In this document: piece after piece, positions 24,362 to 32,362 of the stretch
Layout: every line of letters starts with the position of its first letter
Position numbering within the stretch: position 1 is the stretch's first letter
Source: a virus
Virus record (IMG/VR): IMGVR_UViG_3300021058_000001
Coordinates: 1-40,676 of that record
Length of the DNA: 40,676 bases
Strand: one strand, 5' to 3'
The notes under the pieces: model-generated
The model's input: only the letters and a program-made list of their open reading frames with translations
What the model was told of the DNA's origin: nothing
Databases searched by the model: none
Translations under genes and position numbers: made by a program

Positions 24362-25138
24362 TCAGGGCTTGCGGAAGGCCGCCTGCCAGGCCGTGTCGGC
24401 CTCCTTGCGGAAGGCCTTGTCGGTCTCGTACCGGGGGTCCCTGGCCATCTCGCGCGCCTTCTCCTTCGGGTCGGTCACGCCGCCGCCGCCGGGGTCGGCG
24501 ACGATCTCTCCGGCCGGTCCGGCCAGCTTGCGCATGAACTCGACCAGCCGAACGCCCGCCGCCGACGGCGACAGGCTCATCAACTCGCCGTGCATTTCCT
24601 CATCGAAGCCTTCGCGCTCCTTCAGGGCGTTGGCGAAGACCTCGACCTCGCGGCGCCGCCCCTCGGCGTTCTCGCCCAGCTTGGCGGTCTCGGCCGCCAC
24701 ATCGAACCCGGTGTCGAACAGGCCCGCCTCGGCCAGCTTTCCGGCCCGGGTCAGGAAGTCGTCGAACTGGCCCTGCGTCAGCCCCTCGGCCTTGAAGTGG
24801 TCGCGGATGCCCTGGACGATCGGATCGCCGTCGTCGGCCAGCCGCAAAGCCGCCTTGGCCTCGTCGGACAGGTTGACGACATAGCCCGCCGCATCCTCGG
24901 GGACGACGGCCCGCGCCGCCTCGGCCGCGGCGGCGTCGGCCTCCTCGGCGGTCGGCTCCGGCTTGGGGGCATCGTCACCGGACGGCGACGGTTCCGCCGG
25001 GGTCGAAGGCGATGGGGCCGGGTTCGGCGTCTCCGGCGCTGGTGTCTCCGGGGTATCGGGCGAGGCCGGGGCCGGGGTCCCGCCATCCGAAGACGGGCTG
25101 AAGGTCGGGGTCATCAAGTTTCTCAGGAGCATTGTCAT
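24362..25138 (-). CDS. Scaffolding protein (~256-258 aa)
   Basis: It has a P/E/T/A-rich N-terminus and an acidic helical body, and lies between portal and capsid. The second ATG (25132) has better SD spacing (GAGGA). Confidence 0.7.
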   Translation of the reverse strand: MTMLLRNLMTPTFSPSSDGGTPAPASPDTPETPAPETPNPAPSPSTPAEPSPSGDDAPKPEPTAEEADAAAAEAARAVVPEDAAGYVVNLSDEAKAALRLADDGDPIVQGIRDHFKAEGLTQGQFDDFLTRAGKLAEAGLFDTGFDVAAETAKLGENAEGRRREVEVFANALKEREGFDEEMHGELMSLSPSAAGVRLVEFMRKLAGPAGEIVADPGGGGVTDPKEKAREMARDPRYETDKAFRKEADTAWQAAFRKP

Positions 25139-25436
25139 TCCTCGTCAGGTGGTCGTGGGTGTCGAGCAGGTGGACCAGGACGCCGAAAATGGCGTTTTCC
25201 CCGGTGCGGCGCTGGGCGTGGTCGCGGGCGGCCTCGCCGCTGAAGCGCGGATCGGTGGCGGGCCGCAGCACGGTCGCGCGGGCGATGATCTCAAGCAGCT
25301 GTTCGCCGTCGTGGGTGCGCAGCATCCGCGCGGCCAGGGCGGCGTCGGCCTTGTCCTGATCGGTCAGCTCGCGATAGCCCGGCTGGGGCAGCTGCGAGCG
25401 AACCCAGTCCATCGTCTGTTGCAGCAGCGGGGTCAT
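24975..25436 (-). CDS. Hypothetical protein after portal (153 aa); its 3' end overlaps the scaffold gene
   Basis: ATG overlaps the portal stop (ATGA). The first ~100 aa look protein-like. The last ~50 codons overlap the scaffold gene in another frame and may simply reflect how rare stop codons are in GC-rich DNA. Confidence 0.5.
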   Translation of the reverse strand: MTPLLQQTMDWVRSQLPQPGYRELTDQDKADAALAARMLRTHDGEQLLEIIARATVLRPATDPRFSGEAARDHAQRRTGENAIFGVLVHLLDTHDHLTRNDNAPEKLDDPDLQPVFGWRDPGPGLARYPGDTSAGDAEPGPIAFDPGGTVAVR

Positions 25437-27025
25437 GACGGCCTGACCAGGCCAAGGGCGGGTTCACCGCCGACATAGGACGCGCCGGCCGGGACGGGCA
25501 GGCCGTCCTGCCCTTCGGCCGCCGCCTCGCCCATGGTCTGAAGCATGGCCTCGCGGTCCTCGCGCGGACGCGACGCCCAGCCGGGGGCGCCCAGCATCGG
25601 CCCGAGGCGGTGCATTTCCTCCAGATTGAGAACGGCCGCCATAAGCTCGGCCCCGCCGATCGCCTTGACCAGCTCGGCGAAGCGGACATACCGCTCCACG
25701 TCCTCAAGGTTCTGTTGCTGCGCCAGCGGCGAGGTGACCCGCACACGCAGGATCAGCTGATCGACCTTCAGCTGGCGGAAGTCGATCCCCGGCACCTGCT
25801 TCTTGTCGAGGATATCCAGCACCCGCGCGATCACGGCGGGGATGTATTCATGGTTCAACCGGCCGAACGCCGACCCGGTGTCGAACTGGAATTCGCGCAT
25901 CCGCTCGACAATCTCGGTCGGCGAGCGCACCGCCGCGCTCTCCGGCGGCAACTGCCGCGCCATCAGGTTCTGCGCGATATTCTGGCGCATATCCTGAAGC
26001 GCCAGCTGGGTCAGGTCGACCCGGCCGTTCATGTCGAGCGGCTGGATGGACGAGCCCATGGGGCCGCCGGTCCGCGCCACCCGGATCAGGGCGTGCGGGG
26101 CCACCCTCAGATTGTCGGGGTTCACCACCCCGTCGTGGGCGACCATGAGCGGCGGCGCCAGCGCATAGGCCGCCGCCTTCAGGATCATTTCGACCGCCTT
26201 GTTCGCGGTCATCACGTCCGGCAGGGTCAGCAGCAGCGGCCCCATTCCCCAGGGGTTCCCCGGCGTCGTCCACCAGCGGAAGATGATCCAGGGGTTCGTC
26301 CGGTTGATCTGCTCCAGCGCCACCACGCCCTTGCCGCCGTTCGCCCCGACCTCGCAGACGATGACGGCGAAGCGGAACACCCGGTCGATCAGGTCCCAAT
26401 AGCTGGCCTGAAGGATCTCGACCTCGTCGTTCTTGCCCTCGGCGATCTTGCGCCGGATGGCCTCGGGCCAGACGGCCTTGGGCCACAATTCCGGCAGCTG
26501 CTCGCAGGGGTATTTCCGCCGCCAATAGATGTTGTCGACGCGGCCGGACGCGCCCTCCTCGATCGACAGGCCCCAGGGCGGAACCGCCGTCCAGCGGATC
26601 AGCTCCTCGTCGTCGCCCTCGACGGCCAGCAGGCCGGCGGTCCCGATCGACAAGTCGGCATAGGCCTGACCCGACGCATTGGCGAACGAACTGGCGTCAA
26701 GGGCGGCGTGACAGACGGCGGTGGCCAGCTCCAGCTGGCGGTTCACCGCCTCGATCTTGTCCTCGGGAATGAGCGGCCCGCCCTCCAGCTTGAACCAGCG
26801 GGCGAACGGCGGCGTCAGGTCGCGCTGCAGCCTCGAGCCGAATTTGTGAACGCCGGTCGGGCCGGAACTGTCGAACAGCTGCTCGAAGGCGGTCTTGCGG
26901 CCGTGCTGCACCCGCCAGGGCATGGCGAACTGCATGGCCCGGTCGATATAGGGCTTCATTTCGCCGCGCTTGGCGTTGGCGGCGGTCTCCCGGCTCAGGA
27001 TCTTGGCGACGGTCCAGGCGGCCAT
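25433..27025 (-). CDS. Portal (head-to-tail connector) protein, T7 gp8-like (530 aa)
   Basis: The size, the position downstream of terL and upstream of scaffold/capsid, and the sequence character all fit. Confidence 0.8.
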   Translation of the reverse strand: MAAWTVAKILSRETAANAKRGEMKPYIDRAMQFAMPWRVQHGRKTAFEQLFDSSGPTGVHKFGSRLQRDLTPPFARWFKLEGGPLIPEDKIEAVNRQLELATAVCHAALDASSFANASGQAYADLSIGTAGLLAVEGDDEELIRWTAVPPWGLSIEEGASGRVDNIYWRRKYPCEQLPELWPKAVWPEAIRRKIAEGKNDEVEILQASYWDLIDRVFRFAVIVCEVGANGGKGVVALEQINRTNPWIIFRWWTTPGNPWGMGPLLLTLPDVMTANKAVEMILKAAAYALAPPLMVAHDGVVNPDNLRVAPHALIRVARTGGPMGSSIQPLDMNGRVDLTQLALQDMRQNIAQNLMARQLPPESAAVRSPTEIVERMREFQFDTGSAFGRLNHEYIPAVIARVLDILDKKQVPGIDFRQLKVDQLILRVRVTSPLAQQQNLEDVERYVRFAELVKAIGGAELMAAVLNLEEMHRLGPMLGAPGWASRPREDREAMLQTMGEAAAEGQDGLPVPAGASYVGGEPALGLVRPS

Positions 27026-27028
27026 GGA

Positions 27029-27256
27029 TCAGCCGCCCAGCGTGGTCGACAGGCCGGTCTCGGCGCCCTGGAACGACAGGGCGCGGCGGCCGGCGCCGCG
27101 CATGATCCGGCCCGACGCGGCGCGTTCGGCGCGGATGCGTTGGGCTTCTTCCTCGGCGTCGCGCATGGACCGGCGCTGGGCCTTCTCGGCGTCGATCTGC
27201 GCCCACTTCTCCTTGCGGGTCCGGCCACCGAAGAAGGCTTTGACTTTATCGCCCAT
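27029..27256 (-). CDS. Small basic hypothetical protein upstream of portal (75 aa)
   Basis: ATG at 27256 with SD GGAGG 10 nt upstream. It is a K/R/E-rich helix with the C-terminal tail LSFQGAETGLSTTLGG. Confidence 0.55.
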   Translation of the reverse strand: MGDKVKAFFGGRTRKEKWAQIDAEKAQRRSMRDAEEEAQRIRAERAASGRIMRGAGRRALSFQGAETGLSTTLGG

Positions 27257-27725
27257 GGGCTTGTGCGCCTCCGAATTCGCGGCTGAAGACGGCGACGGAG
27301 CCCAGGCGCGTGTCCTCGGTCCCGATCCGTCGGAAGCCCAACCATGCCGCCATGCGCGCCCCCGCAACGCGCCCCGGCCTGTCCCCGCCGCCCGACGGCT
27401 CGCGCACATAGGTCAGCACCCGGTCGCAGCCGCCCTCGGCGGCGATGGCCTCCAGCGTCTCCCGCGTCGCCCGCAAGCCCGCCCGCAGATGCTCCCGAAA
27501 GCCCGGTCCGACCGCCAGCCAGGCCTCCGCATGGTCCGGCTCGGGCCACAGGCCGATGACGCAGACCAGCCGCCCGCCCGGCTCGCGCACCGTGACGGCC
27601 ACGCCCTCGGCGACCTGCCGCGCCATTTCCCCGAACCGCTGGCGCGTCACGCGCGCCCGCCCGCCGTTCGGCGCCAGGGTCTCCAGCATATCGAACGCCG
27701 ACGCCGGCGCGCGCGTCAGCTCCAT
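27246..27725 (-). CDS. Hypothetical protein, possibly GNAT-like acyltransferase fold (159 aa)
   Basis: ATG at 27725 within ORF 27246..28040, overlapping the terL 3' end by 10 nt. The pattern VCVIGLWPEPDHAEAWLAVGP...RVLTYV...ARMAAWLGFRRIG is reminiscent of a small acetyltransferase fold. This is tentative. Confidence 0.4.
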   Translation of the reverse strand: MELTRAPASAFDMLETLAPNGGRARVTRQRFGEMARQVAEGVAVTVREPGGRLVCVIGLWPEPDHAEAWLAVGPGFREHLRAGLRATRETLEAIAAEGGCDRVLTYVREPSGGGDRPGRVAGARMAAWLGFRRIGTEDTRLGSVAVFSREFGGAQAHGR

Positions 27726-29365
27726 GGCGACCAATCCGAACTGTAGGAGCCCTGGCCCCCCGCGCGTCCGGTCATGGCCCCGTCGCGGCCCCGGTCGGGC
27801 ATCCACACCCCGCCCTCGCTCTGGTGGAAGGGCTGGCCGCCCACGTTCTTGCGCGGGCGGTGTTGGTCGAAAGCCTGTCCGCCGACGATCGCGGCCCGCC
27901 CCTGATCGCCCAACAGGGCGTACTGGTCGGCCTCCATGACGTGCGAACTGTTGGACTTCTGGACCTTCAGCCGCTTGCCCGGCGCCTTGGGGTCGTGCGG
28001 CTCCCATTTGTAATCGCCGCCGTAGCCGCGGCGCGACCACCGGCAGGAGGGGTTGATCAACAGGTCGGGCCGCCCGTCGACGGGGTTGTTTCGGCCGATC
28101 AGGGTCCGCACCGCCTCATGCCTCAGACCCAGCTCGTTCGACGGCGCGGCCAGGACCGGGATATTCAGCTTCTGGCCGACCTTCTCCAGATCGGAGAACT
28201 CGCCGAACTCGCGGTCGGCGCCATAGAAGGCCGAAGGGTCGGCCCAGGCGCGCTCGATCACGCAATGGGCGAAGCGCGGGAACAGCACCGCCTCCAGCGC
28301 CTCGGCGAAACGGCCCGCGCCGACGCCGTGCAGGATGCGCCGCCCGCGCGGGTCGGCCGGATCGGTCAGGACACACTCGGCGTATTTGATCCGCCGCCCC
28401 GGGCAGCGCGGGTCGCGACCGAACACCGACGCCGCCGGCGTCCCCCCGCCGTCCATCCCCAGCCAGAGGCTTGCGCCCGCCTCCGGCTCAAGCTCAACGA
28501 GCGAGAAGATGTTGTGGACCGCCGCCTCATCGAAGACTGGTTCGCCCGCAACAGACGCGCCCCACTGATTGCGGATCATCCTGCGGACATACCATTCCGG
28601 CTGGCCTCTAGCCGCGACCTCATAGTAATCGGCGTCCAGGTTGCTCAGGTTCTCGGCGTCTGGATTGGTCAGGAAGGGCGGACCACCCGGCAGGATCGCG
28701 GGCGGCTGGTCGAAGAAGGCGAAGCCGTTGGCGGCGTGGTTGGAGGCCTCATCGACGCAGAGCGAATAGAGCGGATGGTCGGTGTCGGGCTTGTTGAACG
28801 TCGCCCATACGCCGCGGCTTCGCCGGGTCTCCTTGCGCCCGCCGCGCTTCACCCGCCCGGCCAGGAAGCTAAGGGCCTCGGCCGGGGTGGTGTCGGCCTC
28901 GTCGATATAGGCCCCATGCAGCTCCCAGCCGCGACAGGTGGCCTCGACCGTGTGCGTCCCCAGGGCCCGCCACTCGACCCTCAGACGGCATTTCCCCATG
29001 CGCCCGGCGTATTCGGGGCCGTGGATCGCGGGCAGATAGGGGGCGTCGAACTCCAGCTCATGCACCGCCGGCCGATCGTCGGAGCCGACGAAATGGCCGA
29101 ACTCGCGCGGCACCCATGAGAGCCAGGTCTTCATCGTCGTGGCGTACAGGTTGCGATAGTTGTCCCGCAGCGCCCCGACCACCGCCGTTCGGACCCCGTC
29201 GCTGTCCGGCAGCTGGGTCATGACGGTGAAGAACATCTCCGCGACCCCGGCGCCCACCGTCTTGCCGGATCCGATCGGACCTGCCATCGTCCGCGTGAAC
29301 GCTCCGCTCTCGTGAAAAGCCGTCAACGTCGGACCGCCTGGCACATACCGCCGAACGTCGAACAC
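27716..29365 (-). CDS. terL: Terminase large subunit (549 aa)
   Basis: GTG start with SD GAGGTG. Walker A is GPIGSGKT and Walker B-like is GAYIDEAD. A C-terminal nuclease-like region is present. Confidence 0.9.
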   Translation of the reverse strand: MFDVRRYVPGGPTLTAFHESGAFTRTMAGPIGSGKTVGAGVAEMFFTVMTQLPDSDGVRTAVVGALRDNYRNLYATTMKTWLSWVPREFGHFVGSDDRPAVHELEFDAPYLPAIHGPEYAGRMGKCRLRVEWRALGTHTVEATCRGWELHGAYIDEADTTPAEALSFLAGRVKRGGRKETRRSRGVWATFNKPDTDHPLYSLCVDEASNHAANGFAFFDQPPAILPGGPPFLTNPDAENLSNLDADYYEVAARGQPEWYVRRMIRNQWGASVAGEPVFDEAAVHNIFSLVELEPEAGASLWLGMDGGGTPAASVFGRDPRCPGRRIKYAECVLTDPADPRGRRILHGVGAGRFAEALEAVLFPRFAHCVIERAWADPSAFYGADREFGEFSDLEKVGQKLNIPVLAAPSNELGLRHEAVRTLIGRNNPVDGRPDLLINPSCRWSRRGYGGDYKWEPHDPKAPGKRLKVQKSNSSHVMEADQYALLGDQGRAAIVGGQAFDQHRPRKNVGGQPFHQSEGGVWMPDRGRDGAMTGRAGGQGSYSSDWSPWS

Positions 29366-29476
29366 CCGTCACCTCGCCGACCCACACCCCGACCCTCGGG
29401 GCTCAGACTGGCAGGGTCCGCCGGTGTCGAATTCCGCAACGCCATAAAGTGCGGGAACCGATGCACATAAGGGGTT

Positions 29477-29504
29477 GGCGGGGCCGCTTGGGGGGTGGCC
29501 CGCC
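29477..29504 (-). other. GC-rich hairpin in the 190-bp terS-terL spacer
   Basis: GGCGGG(G)CC - 11-nt loop - GGCCCGCC. It lies in the only sizeable non-coding gap inside the late operon (29366..29555). Confidence 0.4.
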
Positions 29505-29555
29505 TCTCCGAGCCGCCCCCTGTTAACGTCCACTTACCACGAAAACCCTTGTATA

Positions 29556-30146
29556 TCAGGCGCTTGACGCGTCGTCCGACTTCGCCTGTCCGACTTGGCC
29601 TAGCCGGACGCTCATTCCGTCACCGGCTGGAAACTCCGACGCCTCCCCGCGCGCGGGAACAAAGGCCCCTCCGTCGCCACCGAGCGAGACCCCGCCAAAG
29701 CTGATCGAAAGGTTCGCCCCGCCCTCCAGCTGGACCGCCTGCGGTAGCTTTTGCGCGACATAGGGTAGCGCCGCCTCGGCCATGCGCAGCTGCAGCTTCA
29801 CGATCTCTAGCAGCCGGTCCGCGTCCGGGTCCTTCTCGCCCAGGGCGACGCGAGCGAACGTCGCCGGGCTCATCGTGTACGCCTCCATGATGACGGCGAG
29901 CGGGTGGCGGTGCTGCGAGAGAAGCCATCCGACCACGGCCTCTGTACGCCGGTTCTTCGCGCCGGGCGGTCGGCCGCGCCGTGGCCGGCGCGGCTCCAAC
30001 GCCGCAGACAAGGGCGAAGGCGCGTCTAGTGCGCCGGTCTCCTCGTCGGTCATTTCCTCGTCGAATAGCCCGGCCTGGACAACGTCGGCCATGGTCGCGC
30101 GGCCCTCCATCGCCTCGCCTAGCGCCGCCGTCACCCCGCCTGTCAT
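29556..30146 (-). CDS. terS: Terminase small subunit (196 aa)
   Basis: ATG at 30146 with SD GAGGG (the track start at 30173 is TTG). The basic motif RRPRRGRPPGAKNRRTE is typical of small terminase DNA-binding N-termini. It lies immediately upstream of terL. Confidence 0.65.
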   Translation of the reverse strand: MTGGVTAALGEAMEGRATMADVVQAGLFDEEMTDEETGALDAPSPLSAALEPRRPRRGRPPGAKNRRTEAVVGWLLSQHRHPLAVIMEAYTMSPATFARVALGEKDPDADRLLEIVKLQLRMAEAALPYVAQKLPQAVQLEGGANLSISFGGVSLGGDGGAFVPARGEASEFPAGDGMSVRLGQVGQAKSDDASSA

Positions 30147-30208
30147 TTCGCCCTCGTTGTTTATTCGCCCCAAGGGTGACGGCCCGCGCCGATCTGCAAC
30201 GCCCTAGA

Positions 30209-30479
30209 CTGAGACTGCCTTGAGACACGTTTTGAGACCGCTAACCCTCTCTTTTGTTTGTGATAATTACTAACTGTCTCAACAGTCTCAACAATCTCAA
30301 GCCTTGCGCTCGCTACACGAACGCCGCCGCCATCATCGGCAAGCGAACGCGATCAGCGCGCGCCCATGATGCGCACACGTTGAGATTTTTGAGACTGTTG
30401 AGACTTGGCCCGAAACCCTAGCGGAAACAGTCGCTTGACTGTCTCAAATCCTGTCTCACCCCGCACCCCGGATTGAGAC
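30209..30479. repeat. Array of 12 TTGAGAC/GTCTCAA heptamers in nested inverted organisation (iteron/operator/pac-like)
   Basis: Forward copies are at 30209, 30220, 30232, 30380, 30389, 30398 and 30473. Reverse copies are at 30276, 30285, 30294, 30441 and 30453. Two triplets have exact 9-bp spacing. An AT-rich 37-bp patch lies at 30239..30275. Confidence 0.85.
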
Positions 30480-30625
30480 CCGGAAGGCCTGGGCGGCTCG
30501 GCCTCCCCCTTATCGCTCAAGACGGCTGCGCCGCCAAGGGTCGGGGGTCGGGGTTTCGGGGCCGTCTTGCGTTTCGGGGTAGCGTGTCCTATAGACAAGA
30601 CGCGGCCCGCATTGCGTCTGGTCGC

Positions 30626-30650
30626 CGCCTCTCGGCATTGGCCGGAGGCG
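30626..30650 (+). promoter_or_regulatory. Conserved hairpin cassette, copy 1, upstream of gene 30671
   Basis: CGCCTC-t-CGGC-attg-GCCG-GAGGCG, followed by the SD block GGGAGTTAACCC and the ATG. Confidence 0.7.
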
Positions 30651-30670
30651 AACATCTGGGAGTTAACCCG

Positions 30671-30913
30671 ATGACGAACCGTCAAGACGTTCTGGCGCGT
30701 GAAACCGCGCACCTTCCCCAAACCGATCGCGACCTGATCGCCCGCCGCCTTGGCGCGGCGGTCGCGCTCGCCCGCCGCTTCCCTACGGCTGACGAGCAAG
30801 CCATGGCCACCAAGCTGCAATCCTTCGGCGGCGCCCCGCGCTGGGTCTGCGTCCTGATCGCCCGCGCGGCCCTCGAAACCCGGCCCGCCCCTGTCGCGGC
30901 GGTGGCGGCGTGA
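30671..30913 (+). CDS. Hypothetical early protein (80 aa)
   Basis: ATG at 30671 with SD GGGAG. It is preceded by conserved hairpin cassette copy 1. Its stop overlaps the next start (GTGA). Confidence 0.55.
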   Translation: MTNRQDVLARETAHLPQTDRDLIARRLGAAVALARRFPTADEQAMATKLQSFGGAPRWVCVLIARAALETRPAPVAAVAA

Positions 30914-31242
30914 CCGCCCTCGCGTCCCAGCTGGGAACCGCCTTTGCCGGGCGGCTGGCTGAACACCTGAGCGGCGACGAGTGGACGGAAATGCGCCGCC
31001 GCAACGCCGCCTTGGAAGCGGGCGGGGCCTTTCTGGCTTGTGCCTCGCACGACTTCCTAGACGCCAACGACGTGATGGACGCGGCGTTTAAGTGGGTGGT
31101 CGGGCGGGCGATGGTCCTTGGCTCGGACGTTGAGGCCGGGCGCGGAACGGAAGCGCAAGCGCGGGCCGATCTGGACCTTTGCAACGCTGCGTGGACTTGG
31201 GCGCGGGCGGCATACCTGACGGCCTCGCCCGACCCGGCCTGA
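30910..31242 (+). CDS. Hypothetical early protein (110 aa)
   Basis: GTG start coupled to the upstream stop. The translation looks protein-like. No motif recognised. Confidence 0.55.
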   Translation: MTALASQLGTAFAGRLAEHLSGDEWTEMRRRNAALEAGGAFLACASHDFLDANDVMDAAFKWVVGRAMVLGSDVEAGRGTEAQARADLDLCNAAWTWARAAYLTASPDPA

Positions 31243-31304
31243 CGGCTCCGGTTATCCCCTCGGCCTCCGGGTCGGGGGGATTGCCCGAACCGCCATGCGT
31301 TCGC

Positions 31305-31329
31305 CGCCCTCGGCAATTGAGCCGGGGCG
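31305..31329 (+). promoter_or_regulatory. Conserved hairpin cassette, copy 2, upstream of ardC
   Basis: CGCCC-t-CGGC-aattga-GCCG-GGGCG, followed by GAGGGAGTTAACCCC and the ATG. It is about 85% identical to copy 1 over ~50 bp by eye. Confidence 0.7.
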
Positions 31330-31352
31330 GTCATCTTGAGGGAGTTAACCCC

Positions 31353-32255
31353 ATGACCCGCGACGATCTTTACGCCTCCGTTACCGCCTCGATCTGCGAG
31401 GCTCTGGAAGCCGGAACCCGCCCTTGGGCGCCCAGCTGGGACAAGGCCGCTTGCGGCGGCGTCGGCGCCCTGCCGCTGCGCTCAACCGGCGAACCCTACA
31501 GGGGCGTCAACGTCCTGTTGCTGTGGGGCGTGGCCATGGCCAAGGGCTACACCCAGCCGCGCTGGCTGACCTTTAAACAGGCCATTGAGGCGGGCGCCGC
31601 CGTCCGCAAGGGCGAGAAGGGCGCCCGCGTGGTCTATGCCGGTCGGCTGGTCCGTGAGGCTGGCGAGGGCGAAACCGGCGACGAGAACGGCCAGCGTCAA
31701 ATCCCCTTTCTCAAGGGCTACACGGTGTTCAACGTCGAGCAAATCGACGGGCTGGGCGCGGACTGGTTTGAGGCGGCGCGGCCCGCCCTGCCCGAACCCG
31801 AACGGGACGCGGCGGCGGAAGCCTTCTTCGCCGCCACGGGCGCGAGGGTCCAGCACGGCGGGGCCGTCGCCTGTTACGTCCCGTCCACCGATCAAATCCA
31901 CATGCCGCCGCTCGGGGCCTTCACTGATCTGGAAGCCTATTACGCGGTCCGCGCCCATGAGACGGTCCACTGGACCGGCCATAAGTCGCGGCTGGACCGG
32001 GCGGGCGGCAAGCGGTTTGCTGACAAGGGTTACGCCTTTGAAGAACTGATCGCGGAAATCGGCGCGGCGTTTCTGTGCGCCTCGCTCGGCCTGTCAGCTG
32101 AACCCCGCGCCGATCACGCCGACTACTTGGCCGGATGGCTCAAGGTCTTGAAGGAAGACAAGCGGGCGATTTTCACCGCCGCCAGCGCCGCCCAGGCGGC
32201 GGTTGATCTGCTGCACCAGCTGGCCGCGCCGGTCGCGCTGGACGTCGCCGCCTGA
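31353..32255 (+). CDS. ardC: ArdC-like antirestriction protein (ssDNA-binding N-domain plus HExxH metalloprotease-like C-domain, 300 aa)
   Basis: The N-terminus DLYASVTASICEALEAGTRPWAPSW matches the ArdC/DUF1738 signature. The C-terminal part contains HETVHWTGH (HExxH). Confidence 0.85.
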   Translation: MTRDDLYASVTASICEALEAGTRPWAPSWDKAACGGVGALPLRSTGEPYRGVNVLLLWGVAMAKGYTQPRWLTFKQAIEAGAAVRKGEKGARVVYAGRLVREAGEGETGDENGQRQIPFLKGYTVFNVEQIDGLGADWFEAARPALPEPERDAAAEAFFAATGARVQHGGAVACYVPSTDQIHMPPLGAFTDLEAYYAVRAHETVHWTGHKSRLDRAGGKRFADKGYAFEELIAEIGAAFLCASLGLSAEPRADHADYLAGWLKVLKEDKRAIFTAASAAQAAVDLLHQLAAPVALDVAA

Positions 32256-32267
32256 CGGCTCTGCTTG

Positions 32268-32292
32268 CCCGCCCGGCCTCGCGCCGGGCGGG
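32268..32292 (+). terminator. Perfect 10-bp GC hairpin after ardC
   Basis: CCCGCCCGGC-ctcgc-GCCGGGCGGG, starting 13 nt after the ardC stop. There is no U tract, so it could be an attenuator or stabiliser rather than a full terminator. Confidence 0.4.
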
Positions 32293-32313
32293 GATACAGA
32301 ACCGTTAGGTTCT

Positions 32314-32338
32314 CCGCTCTCGGCATTGGCCGGGGCGG
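32314..32338 (+). promoter_or_regulatory. Conserved hairpin cassette, copy 3, upstream of parB-like gene
   Basis: CCGCtCt-CGGC-attg-GCCG-gGGCGG. It shares the CTCGGCATTGGCCGG core with copy 1. Confidence 0.65.
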
Positions 32339-32362
32339 TCCCATGGTCGAAAGGACCTGACT

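Noticed and set aside
24975-25138. Functional overlapping-gene arrangement between the post-portal ORF and the scaffold gene (about 160 nt)
   Set aside because: The overlap probably arises because the upstream frame simply meets no stop codon in GC-rich sequence. The overlapped tail (NDNAPEKLDDPDLQPVFGWRDPG...) looks like an out-of-frame reading of the scaffold N-terminus. There is no independent evidence for a selected dual-coding region.
20504-27286. Long plus-strand ORFs (20504..22201, 22198..24288, 25610..27286) opposite the nozzle, capsid and portal genes
   Set aside because: The same shadow-ORF reasoning applies. The minus-strand products are recognisable as nozzle, tubular A, capsid and portal, and the plus-strand translations are low-complexity R/G/A/L sequences.
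30209-30479. Possible CRISPR array or tandem-repeat satellite
   Set aside because: The repeat unit is only 7 bp, occurs in both orientations and has 2-5-bp 'spacers' within clusters. No cas genes are present. It fits protein-binding iterons, not CRISPR.
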